From assembly GCA_027008775.1 (NCBI GenBank), contig JALVDV010000005.1, positions 3,300 to 67,299 of the forward strand: 64,000 nt of DNA, written 5' to 3'. The position numbers and the translations under genes were made by a program. The notes under the pieces are model-generated. The model worked only from the letters and a program-made list of their open reading frames with translations. It had not been told where the DNA came from and did not search any database. Positions within the stretch are counted from its first letter, which is position 1. Every line of letters begins with the position of its first letter. Shown here piece by piece: positions 52,101-60,300 of the stretch. Origin of the DNA: Candidatus Moraniibacteriota bacterium (lineage in GTDB: Bacteria; Patescibacteriota; Minisyncoccia; Moranbacterales; DUUL01).

Positions 52101-52944
52101 ATTTATCATTTCGGAAGAGTAGTCCTTGTAAATTTCCGGGATTTGATAAGTCGGCCGGTTCTGTGTTGGAAAGCAAGAGATTGCCCTGTTGATCAAGCAT
52201 AAATCTTTGTGCGCCGGCGGTGTCCATCCTGATGATATCTTCATCTGCCGATTCTTCCACTTGAATACCGGTGTCGTGATCAGTATCCCAAAGCGAGCCG
52301 GCAGATAAACTGGAGGGGCTGATCCAATCTAAGCCGTTGCCGGTAGAAGACAAAATCTCCCCGGCAACACCAACACTATTATTGGTATCATGAATTAAAA
52401 TGTCACCAGCGGATTGCAAAACTATATTTCCGGAGGAAACAGTTGTTATGAAAATATCCTCTCCTTCCGCATAAAGCCTTTTAGAAGTAAATGCGTATGG
52501 ATGAGTGGAAAGAGGAACACGAGGGGTTGCTTCCGCATCACTTCCTATTTTTACTCCCAAATAATATTGTTGAGTGAAATCTAAGTAATCGGGAAAATGA
52601 ATACATTCCCCCAAGTGTTGAGCAAAGATTCCATCTGTTCCGGGAGTTATTTGTTGACAATTGGGACTACTACCATCGTAGGTTTCCGTCCAAAGCAAAT
52701 AACCTCCGGCACTAGGGGTATCGGTAGGCGAGCCGTGAACAGGATCAGTGTATAACGAGAATTGGATTGTCACCGGAGTTGTAATAGGGTTACCAGAAGA
52801 ATCTCTAAGCCTGCCTTGGTAGTTAACAAAATCCGGGACCTGAGCTTTGGTGAAGTAGGAATAAGATAAAAATGCCAAAACGCTGAGAGCGAGAAAAGCT
52901 CCCAGTTTCATGACTTGTTTAAAAATGTATTTCTGTTTTTGCAT
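46150..52944 (-). CDS. giant secreted fibre/adhesin-like protein (2264 aa) with YadA-head-like repeats, VGIGTxxP repeats, a coiled coil and a conserved C-terminal domain
   Basis: Signal peptide and VPDFVNYQGRL; 14-aa repeats such as ATAFGYNTQATGARSLSFG; three DxDxDTGIQVE motifs; VGIGT repeats; C-term GTATIKAG...HIILTP...VEWLLV. Confidence 0.85.
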   Translation of the reverse strand: MQKQKYIFKQVMKLGAFLALSVLAFLSYSYFTKAQVPDFVNYQGRLRDSSGNPITTPVTIQFSLYTDPVHGSPTDTPSAGGYLLWTETYDGSSPNCQQITPGTDGIFAQHLGECIHFPDYLDFTQQYYLGVKIGSDAEATPRVPLSTHPYAFTSKRLYAEGEDIFITTVSSGNIVLQSAGDILIHDTNNSVGVAGEILSSTGNGLDWISPSSLSAGSLWDTDHDTGIQVEESADEDIIRMDTAGAQRFMLDQQGNLLLSNTEPADLSNPGNLQGLLFRNDKFALRFGETNNNEWNDANIGNGSFASGRNNIVSGNYSSALGGGNNINDVYSVALGRYHTVTGSYAVAGGYQNTAGGYASSVFGQTNQATDVRAMAWGMNNQATADEATAFGYNTQATGARSLSFGRNTVASGAYATAFGYDTTASNNYSLAFGRSTIAGNDYAVAWGNDTNATGLGATAFGYRTTASGQYTLATGYYSEASGNNAVALNDTVANSYMMTAVGRFNVVDSNQSSDTWVDTDYLFVVGNGTGYQNANRSNAFVILKNGTITAPSFSLTEINAAGATALTTKEYVDSRVGNSIFDADADTGIQVEANPDEDYIRMQTAGTERFIIDNNGNTGIGIGNNPLVSVLQIGPGTSEASTFAVAANPAYMNIATFRDQDGENIFRARGSLANDDLIVTFGDWDWAYDHLSFGINTTTDSLDFYGGDFRLHEFAGSQSDYVGFKAPNDVASSVVWTLPSSDGNNGYLLQTDGAGNLSWTNPSTLNITNIYNSNGTLTGDRSVDGGMHALSFNNLNSTLFEITDGASNLTTMELTDSEFLGSVEDGTQNSGFGIQADEVYLYYTESTSGNTFQLDISDTNATIRDDINHRGIEYLADYSANYTDRTLVDKGYVDSLVSSSSFWVAGSSGTFSIRTTGNTASGGDATGNYSVAMGYNTSASTYYAIAEGAATSANGEGSHAEGRGSRAQGHASHAEGQQSVAGGYASHAEGLFTQANGSGSHSEGTGTIAQNNYQFAGGMYNVGTANDTIMEVGIGTGTSNRMNAFEIYTDGSILAPEFSIAEINARGNTSLTTKEYVDNAIATNANNIYNNDGTISEDRSIAGTGAHTVDFNMTDGLIDSGMTYNHTSSELYHQGGGVGSRVSVNVGDYVTITDLLSNRGAVYAADYSANYTNRSLVDKEYVDNQVASASPWFRDTTNGYIYQKFLTDRVGIGTATPDESLVVYDGNAKLSRDGVDPQIILEGRDTGYNWVMGIDEEENIGPGFFYIGQGANVNDTNALLRLTEDGNLFLDNTNQLHHGTQLSIMSDGNSNTDSMLFIGAASDSAYPRIALYRAKNNSASESGVVANDILGQIGFIGRNSTTTDYVASTFINAIATETWTNTAHGAALQFQTSLNGTDAPVRRLEIENDGTLNVAGTTDYELLVTDDDDIPNKAYVDTAIANNSPWTKNGTNLSPTTAGDDILLNAGETLSISDLTQGSIPFIGAGGLFSQDNNNFFWDDTNDRLGLGTSTPSSRLDVVGGNIQTDRALVARGTGTNGEAAHLVVDAEASTLHRLIETRNNNGIQFVVNGNNRVGIGSSNPGAPLHIRNTQDNSGAVIILQNTNEDYSSIFETATNPEGNISAFRGDLAIDGVNGNIYIKNDNDNTNTGWVRLLEEGDLTALWDADSDTGIQVEESADEDMIRFDTAGTQRMRIDNNGLLSYGTEKTDYDLAYFGTQHSVFVVNQEPTAMSTFTAVKYGDDGEPGRISFLKARGSEGAETAVQDGDEIAEFATAAYDGTRYMTTGGLIVKVDGTVGTDNVPSKLEFLTNPGNDLGAEVAMVLNHDGNLGIGVTDPSFKLEVHGDVGPDNSSYSLGSDSKRWLNLYLSSSGGLNIGSNTLGYSNISYNTSVNRLTLQNSVDSTNGFQFLDADGGTPILSIDTTDERVGIGTASPAYKLTISGGALMLEDSPAPTASQGFAGIYTSSGELYAFDDSGNSTQISPHNKNGEWWYNSTNVRTGQTLQIEMERLMKELNKTFGGGYIKENGQEIDLGENILNVLSLKTNQNINSLSDLQKNINQNLLLINDSLKEVNKQLAINQENIEDNENNLKTLSANINSLTELTTNLTNTLSDHEKRISKLESILKDNGANLDQEEKTDLPKSLQIFAENLKSLQKEGKKVEFTLDGKLVVEEIKTEKLEAKELATDNLTISDENNIGTATIKAGKKKVVVETDKVSAGSHIILTPHGAVVVGVGKIKKGESFEIVLAKEAEEDIKVEWLLVNRE

Positions 52945-53066
52945 TTTCTAGACTATTTTGAAATCGTCGTTTGTTTATATTTTCTACATTCTTCTTTATT
53001 TTCTGCGTCTTCTACATCCTCCGTGTAAACCCGCGTTTAATCCGCGTTAGTCTGCGATTGCGAAGC

Positions 53067-53153
53067 AATAAAAAAAGCGATTCCGCAGAATCACCCAATA
53101 AGCCCCCTATTAGCTTGTACTTGAATTTTACCAGAATTTGAGGAGAATGTCAA
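53067..53153 (-). promoter_or_regulatory. promoter plus attenuator-like leader of the 2264-aa gene
   Basis: TTGACA-N17-(TG)TAAAAT, then AGTACAAGCTAATAGGGGGCTTAT, hairpin GTGATTC-TGCG-GAATCGC and a T7 tract. Confidence 0.65.
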
Positions 53154-53220
53154 ATTTTTTTGGTTTTTAGGATTTTATTGACATCTTATTAACATATTTA
53201 TAGCTGTTGTTAGTATTCTG

Positions 53221-53657
53221 TTAATTACTCCGATTAAGATATTGTAAAATTTCCTTTTTAAACAAATTCAAACTATCCATTTTTTCTCGCAAATACGCAT
53301 AGACTTTTTTACGGTCAATCTTTCCATATTCGTGAACCAAAATATTATGAAATCCCACAATTCCATCTAACTGCTCAACTAATTTTTTGGAAATAATTTT
53401 TTGCTTAAACAATAAACTAATGGCGTCTTGATTATCCTCCGGTCGCTCCAATTTATTGTCTATTATCACTAGTTGTGTCGTGTCAATAATAATCTGAATT
53501 CATAATTGCAAATACCGTTCTGCTGTTCCAAAATAATGAAAATCACTTAAAAAGTGTTTTCACTACTAACCTCTTTGTTTATCTTTTTTAGATATTTTAA
53601 ATATTCGTCTAGTTGTTATATTTTATCATAAATTTTATTTCTGGTGGTTGGGCTCAT
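53221..53657 (-). pseudogene. hepT: HepT-like (DUF86) HEPN RNase toxin, inactivated
   Basis: TAA at 53616-53618; frameshift at the run 53557-53560; TGA at 53500-53502; the RX4-6H motif reads GFHNILVHEY instead of GFRNILVHEY. Confidence 0.85.
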
Positions 53658-54077
53658 CTATGGTTTTGTTAAGAGTTCCAACTCTCTATCTGTATAGACC
53701 TTGTTGTACATCTCTAAAAATGGTTTAAAATCATAATACTCATTTGTTGTTTTCAAATCAAAATCCAACAAGGCATCATAATCTTTCTTGAAAAGAATTT
53801 TACCGGGTTGAACTATGGCAAATTTAAACAAAATATCTCTAGTATCATTGAGGGATACTACTTCCACTTTCTTTCCGTTAAAAACTGACGATAGTTCCGT
53901 TATCAACCTTAAACGATTTTTAAACCTTTCATCCTCATCAACCTTATCGGCAAACATTACGGCAATATCCACATCACTGCTTCCCATTGCCGTTCCATCC
54001 GCTTGTGAACCAAAAAGGTACGCAAAAATAATTTTGCGCTTTTCAAATAATTTTTCTATTTTTTTATTTTGTCGCAT
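53658..54077 (-). CDS. mntA: MntA-like minimal nucleotidyltransferase antitoxin
   Basis: AYLFGSQADGTAMGSSDVDIAV (GSX10DXD), directly upstream of the HEPN gene; start likely MRQNKK. Confidence 0.85.
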   Translation of the reverse strand: MRQNKKIEKLFEKRKIIFAYLFGSQADGTAMGSSDVDIAVMFADKVDEDERFKNRLRLITELSSVFNGKKVEVVSLNDTRDILFKFAIVQPGKILFKKDYDALLDFDLKTTNEYYDFKPFLEMYNKVYTDRELELLTKP

Positions 54078-56362
54078 TCTCGGTCTTTTGGTTTCAATTG
54101 GCAATACTTTTTTTGAAAACGTTTATATTTTCTGTAGAAATTCAATGCCAGTAAGAGCATTATTAACAATAATAGCCAGCACCACCAACCATAACGAAAG
54201 CGCAAAACCCTAAATTTCGCCAATTCTTTTGTTTTGACAATATAGTTATCCTCTGAGAGTGTGACCGCTGAAACTTTGTGCATTCCGTTAGTGAAGATGT
54301 TAGCCATCTCAATGCGCCAATAACCATTATTGTCGCTAAGACCGGTTACTATAATTGGAGTTGATTCAATCATCAGTGTTATTTGCGTATTGGGCAAGGC
54401 GGTTCCTTCAAAGATAACCTTGTCGGAGCTAACGGTAACCAACACCTGTTTCTCTCCACCAACTATGGCTGTTGATAAGCTGTTAGTTTTTAATTTGTCA
54501 AGCTTGTGTATATTGATATCATTTATTTCATTTAGGCTGATATAACTTAATTGGGAATTACTGATTTTGCTTTTGGCCGGCAACCATTTATCAAGACCCT
54601 CTTTTTTTGTTATTTGATTGATGATTGTGCAATCTTTGTATTTGGTAACGGTTTTTGTTTTTTCTTCGCAATCACAAGATGTCTCCTCGCAAGTTTCACA
54701 AACAGGGCAAGCTTCGCAATCGGGACAACTGCCATTAACCCCCGAAGCCAAACCGAAAGCCACTTGATTAGCGGCGTTGTTACTGAAGTCTCGCGCGTTA
54801 ACAACCACTTCCCAGGCGTGATCAAGAGCAAAATTACTGACCGGGTCAACGGTTATAAAATAGTCAGCCGGAGTACCGGAGTAGGTAAATTGATTGGCGC
54901 CGGTAGCGGTGTAAATAATTCCGTCAACTTGAGCGGTGACAGTGTTAATATTCACTCCCACTCCGCTATCGGTGCAGTGAAAAGTGATATTATCAGCTGT
55001 GCCGACATTAACCACCCCGGGGGTCGGTGTGAAAAGTGTACAAACCGGTCCTTGAGTATCGGCAGTGGTGAAGCTGTAAGTTAAATGTTGGTGATTGACA
55101 CTTGGGCAACCGTAATCATCAACATCTACCGTGACTGTGACCAGAGTGTTTTCCGGAAAGTCATTAGCCGGGTCTATAACAATGGAATAGTCATAAACGT
55201 TGCCATAATCATTTGTATTTAAAGGAGTGACTGTTAATTCCGGACTGGCAACAGTGTATGTTTGACTTCCCCAACCGGGGGCAGATACTGTGATTGTTAA
55301 AGTGGAGATGTTAACACCCGTACCCGGATAACCACCAGGATTAGCCAAGTCTCTTAAATTAAGAGATATATTACTATCGGAAGAAATGCCGGTCGCCCCA
55401 TTATTCGGATTTTGATTGTATATTTCCACCGGATCATTGTCCGGTTCGGTGGAAAAAGTATAGTTGTAATTGTTGAGACTATGGACAATCGGATTACCCA
55501 AATCGGAAAAACTCAAGTTCACTGTATAATTTTCGCAATAGTAAAGATTGTTTGTGGGGTTTATGGTAACATCGCAATAGGGAACGCGGTTGGCATTGGT
55601 AGTATGACAGGAGTGAGAAACTTGCGGACTGCCGGCCGTGTAATTGGTTGTTCCCCAGTTGGCGCCGGTCAGACTTTCCGTTAAAGTGGAGAAATTAACT
55701 CCGGCATCATCATCATTTAAACGATGTTGAATGTTGGCAATAACCGGCACATTGGAATCTCCGCCAGCCGGATTTTCATTGGTAACATAGGGAGTGTCAT
55801 CATCATCAGCAAAGTGTAAAGTATAGCTGTCGGCATGTTGCAGGATATCATTTCCGGAACCCGATTCCGCCAGGTTGGTATCGGTTGTATTGCCGGGAGT
55901 AAATTCAAAATCAAGGTCATAATCGCCGGCGCCATCCAGAACGGTGAAATAGAAATAAGCGAAACGACCAGAACCGGTGTATGAGTTACCGGGATTATCA
56001 TAAGCGCCCAAGGTGATTTTATTGCTGGTAACATGGTTGTTGGGATAATTATCGTATTGAGTTCCCGGGTAAATGGTGGTAGCGGGAGTGGAACAATCAC
56101 TGTTGACTATCTGTATGCGAGAATTGTCGTAGTTGATTTCCAAATCGGCGCCACCGGTAGCATGACCATCGGTGTCTAGCATCACGTCAACGCGGACACA
56201 ACGTCCGTGGTAGAATTCATTATGATTTGACCCCTGCCCTTCCGGTACGCTGAAACTAAAAGATGTGTCCGCCTGAGAAATTTTTCCAATTAAAAGAAAA
56301 AAGAGGACAAAACTCAAAAGAAATAGTCTTTTCAATATTGGTTTTTTATTCGTTTTTGTCAC
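54056..56362 (-). CDS. surface protein with an N-terminal cohesin-like domain, Ig-like repeats, Cys-rich linker, Big-type domain and C-terminal TM anchor
   Basis: VDVMLDT...GADLEINYD...SGRFAYFYF (cohesin-like); three ~120-aa D.GV.I.T Ig repeats; CPDCEACPVCETC; FEGTALPN...SDNNGYW; WLLLLIMLLL followed by a basic tail. Confidence 0.7.
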   Translation of the reverse strand: MTKTNKKPILKRLFLLSFVLFFLLIGKISQADTSFSFSVPEGQGSNHNEFYHGRCVRVDVMLDTDGHATGGADLEINYDNSRIQIVNSDCSTPATTIYPGTQYDNYPNNHVTSNKITLGAYDNPGNSYTGSGRFAYFYFTVLDGAGDYDLDFEFTPGNTTDTNLAESGSGNDILQHADSYTLHFADDDDTPYVTNENPAGGDSNVPVIANIQHRLNDDDAGVNFSTLTESLTGANWGTTNYTAGSPQVSHSCHTTNANRVPYCDVTINPTNNLYYCENYTVNLSFSDLGNPIVHSLNNYNYTFSTEPDNDPVEIYNQNPNNGATGISSDSNISLNLRDLANPGGYPGTGVNISTLTITVSAPGWGSQTYTVASPELTVTPLNTNDYGNVYDYSIVIDPANDFPENTLVTVTVDVDDYGCPSVNHQHLTYSFTTADTQGPVCTLFTPTPGVVNVGTADNITFHCTDSGVGVNINTVTAQVDGIIYTATGANQFTYSGTPADYFITVDPVSNFALDHAWEVVVNARDFSNNAANQVAFGLASGVNGSCPDCEACPVCETCEETSCDCEEKTKTVTKYKDCTIINQITKKEGLDKWLPAKSKISNSQLSYISLNEINDINIHKLDKLKTNSLSTAIVGGEKQVLVTVSSDKVIFEGTALPNTQITLMIESTPIIVTGLSDNNGYWRIEMANIFTNGMHKVSAVTLSEDNYIVKTKELAKFRVLRFRYGWWCWLLLLIMLLLALNFYRKYKRFQKKYCQLKPKDRECDKIKK

Positions 56363-56449
56363 TTGTTTATTTTTTGTTTTTAGTTGTGAATGGCAATTCT
56401 ATTTCCATTCTACACAAATATACGGAAAAAACAATTGTTAATTTTAGCT

Positions 56450-57196
56450 TTAGTCGCCTACTAGGGCATAGTTATTAACAACTTTGGTCATATCCAAAGA
56501 GTTAACTTGACCATTCTCGTCAACATCCGCTCTTTCGTCGGAAACGCCACTGTCCATAATTGCCCAGCGAGAAGTTAAATAAGTGACATCAACGGAATTG
56601 ACCATATTATCTCCGTCAGGATAAGAGGCGTTAACATAAACATCTCCGCAAAGCAGTTTCTCCGTACCGCCGACAGAAAAATCAACATCATTAACTCCAC
56701 TATTTAGAACAACATTATTGAGTCTTTTTCTTAGATGAGCATATCCTTTAACCGCCAAATCATAAGTGCCGGGAGAAATGCCCGTTAAAACCAGACCGCT
56801 GTAATGACCGTTGTTATCCGTATCATAATAGGAATAGACATGAATAGGAATTGTGTTACCAACACTGTACACATAAATTAAAACCCTGGTGCTATCGTTG
56901 CCGGTAGGGGGGATTCTTTTTTCGGGAATAACAGTGAAATTTATGGTCACTTCCCCATCCTCGGGATATAAATGCCCGTGACGAATATTGAAATCCGTAC
57001 TGTTTGACACATCCACACTGACATCACCAACTTGTTGTCTATCTAAATTGAAGTTACCTGAATTACTTTCTATACCACCAGCATTACCGACGTTTAACGG
57101 ATCAAGTTGGTAATTGGCAGAAGAAATAGCCAAAGCCAAACCGGGAATAAAAAGCAAGAGAAAAATCAATTTATTAGATATTTGTTGAAGCTTCAT
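56450..57196 (-). CDS. secreted protein with a C-terminal dockerin-like duplicated EF-hand
   Basis: Signal peptide; PGTYDLAVKGYAHLRK; GDV...DNMVNSVD...ADVDENGQVNSLD. Confidence 0.7.
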   Translation of the reverse strand: MKLQQISNKLIFLLLFIPGLALAISSANYQLDPLNVGNAGGIESNSGNFNLDRQQVGDVSVDVSNSTDFNIRHGHLYPEDGEVTINFTVIPEKRIPPTGNDSTRVLIYVYSVGNTIPIHVYSYYDTDNNGHYSGLVLTGISPGTYDLAVKGYAHLRKRLNNVVLNSGVNDVDFSVGGTEKLLCGDVYVNASYPDGDNMVNSVDVTYLTSRWAIMDSGVSDERADVDENGQVNSLDMTKVVNNYALVGD

Positions 57197-57321
57197 CGTT
57201 ATGTTGATGTTGTATTTATCGGGCGTCATTTGAAATCATAAGGTGTTTATCTTCCAATCCGTCTCTGCGCGTATTATTCCCACCAGAAGCGGATTTGCTG
57301 TTGTTTCAAAATTTTGCGCGA

Positions 57322-60300
57322 TCATTTTTCGTTAATGATAAACCATTGCACCTTCAAATCTTTGTCTAAAGCCTCACTTATTTTTATTTCAAAATATTCG
57401 CCCTTTTTGATTTTTCCCAAGGCGACATTGATTGGTTGACGCGGTGTTAGAAGGATGTGAGAATCTTCGTTAACAACTTTGTTGTTTATCCTGATTTTTG
57501 TTTCTCCGGCCGGAATTATGCCTTCACCAACTATTTTTTTCTCAACATCTTGATTGGAAACGGTAAATTTGGCAGTGGTGAGCGCTTCGGCTTCAAGATT
57601 TTTTACCTTTAGGTTTCCATCCAGATCAAAAGTTATTTTCTGTCCCTGTTTTTCAATTACCGCAATATGTTGCGCCCAATCTTTGATTGCCTGTTTAACT
57701 GTTCCATCTTCTTGGTTGACAAGACTAATATCTTGCGAGTCAATCTTTTCTTCCAAAACATTTACTTTATTTTCCAAATCGGCAATTCTTTCTTCGTGGT
57801 TTTCCAGGGTGGCGGTTATTTGCGTATTAAGATCGGCAAGACTGTTTATGTTGTCACTGAGATGTTTTCTTTCTTCTTCAGTTTCTTGAACAATATCCTT
57901 GATTTTATCAAGTTTAGCCTGATTATCTTGAACGTTGTTCCAGATATCTTTGAGAGCCTCCACTGTTACAGCCATAATTTTACCGTACTCCAGAGATAAA
58001 TATCCGTCCTTCTCCACATTAACAACTTCCGGCAATACTTTTTGCACATCCTGGGCTATAAAACCGATTTCCGGTTTGTTATCCATGCCCCGACGGAACG
58101 GGTGGCGAACAGTGTCCCATTTATAACTTACTCCCTGTAATTGCAAAACTTTGTCCAGGGCTGTTTCCGGCTCTATATTTTCAATATTTCTTTTTAGACG
58201 ACGATCAGAACTGGTAGCGGCGGACAAAGCGGTACAATTTGCATCAAATAGAGTGATGGAAAACGCTCTGTCGCGATATGTATTTGCGCTTGTTCCGTTG
58301 TCTCCTTCATGAATTATCACTTGGACATTATTTGTATTGTACGCGGAAACATCTATATTGACATCATCGCGAGTGGACGTTGATTCTTCTTTGGAAAGAT
58401 GAACATAATAATCATTGGTATTTACCGATTGCGAAAAATTAATTGTATAGCGACCGGTGTTTGTTCTGTTTACAGAAGATATTATTCCATAACTATTGGT
58501 AATTGTTCCATTGCCTTGTATTTTAGCTCCTCCCATTACACAAGATGTTGGATTTTGCCATTCAAAGCCGGTAGCAGTAGCCGTTAGGACCTGTCCAATG
58601 GTGCCGGCAGAATTGTTGTTGTCTTTTAAGGCTCCCTCCACACGTAGAGAACCGGCAATATGCAATGTATCTGTTGGAGAAGAAACACCAATTCCAACAT
58701 TACCATCGTTCTGAACGGTTAACAAAGCGTTTGATGTTTGAGCCACCGATTCATCCACGTTAGCCACCGAATCTAAGCGGGCAATGATATATTTATCGGA
58801 GTCGGCGTAGGGACGACCGGCAAACCACTCATTGTCTCCACCTTCATCGTGCATAAATATACCGGTGCCACGGTAGTTGGTGCCGGAGGTGGCTTGTAAA
58901 ATAAGGGCGGCATTGGTGTAACCGGAAGAACTTCCCCGTAGTCTTATTCTGGCGGAACGATTTGGATTGGAGCCGGTTCTATCAACATCAATATCATAAC
59001 TTGGAGAAACAGTACCAATACCAATCAAGTCAAAATTGTTTATTATTAAATTGTGATTATTGTTGTTTCCATTGATAATTAGGTCACCAGTATTATTTTG
59101 TATATACGAATTTGTTCCATTGTGATATAAGGCAAGATCTTGACTTTCACCAAGCATTAAATCACCGCCGGGACCTGTTCCACCGGCAACACCATCTCCA
59201 TCTTCATCTAAAATCCAGTCACCGCTTTCGGCATAAATCCCATAGTTATTGGTTGAAGCGTTGGCGACATTTATATATAATCCGTAATTGGTTGTCGCAT
59301 TGCTACTGTTGGCGTAAAATCTTCCGGCATAAGCCGTGTTGGCAGCGGCAACAGCGGCATAAAGCGCTGTAGCATTTATCATATTGTTAGCACCGATACG
59401 CTTCGTAACACTAAAATAACCACCGTAACCATTCGTTATGTCTCCTCCGTCATCGGAATCAACTCTCACCTGACCGCGAATTCCATAGGCGGTACCGATA
59501 TCTCCGTCATATCCATTATTCGTACTGATATACCCGTATATGCCATAGGCTGTATTGATGTTTGATTTATAAGGATAAACATTTGCGTAGGATCCGTAAG
59601 CCATATTAATATCGCCGGCCGTACTACCAGCGCCGGAATATCCAACGGATTGTCCATAAGAACCTATGATGGTGGTAACATCAGCAGCGTCGTCACTGGC
59701 ATATTGACGCGCTACACCAACCACTCCATATAAGTTGCCTAGATCTGAAGTTGCATTGCTGGAGTTCCTGGCTTCAAACAAGCCTCCCCGATTATATCTG
59801 AAGGTATGTGTTCCATTGGTTTGCGTGAAACCATAAACAGCCGTCCCATCAGAATCATATCCATTAGCAATATCTTCTGTTTTATTGTTAATGAGATAAA
59901 AGTAGCCTCCATAAGATATTCTATCAGCAGTTAGTGTTGGGGAAGTAATGATGCCAGAAGCTTGAATTTGCACACTGTTGCTATCAATATTAAAATTTTC
60001 TGTTACCCTCAAGGTTTGATTATTGACAATACCGGCATTGGCGCCAACAGCGGCGTGATTGGCAACATCAAGACCTTCTCCTTCGGTAAGTCTCATCAAC
60101 TCCAGAGCTCCAGTGGTGGAGTCTGAGTCGCTTGACCATCTGAAATATTCACTTGTGCTGTTATTATCAGCATCAATATTAAATAACATATTGGAATCTG
60201 CAGAAAGCAGTCCCTGAGCATCAAACCAAACATCAGACCCATTAGAAACATTGCCATCACCTTTATCAAAGACAATGTGATTAGCAATATCAAATCTTGA

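Noticed and set aside
53019-53062. Short (T)CCG(T/C)GT ~10-nt periodic motifs, also at 13990-14030
   Set aside because: Only 3-4 degenerate units with no spacer structure; treated as low-complexity intergenic repeats, not CRISPR or iterons.
53500-53502. In-frame TGA as a sign of genetic code 25 (TGA=Gly)
   Set aside because: TGA ends intact genes (33667, 57322), long genes have no internal TGA, and the HEPN gene has other lesions.
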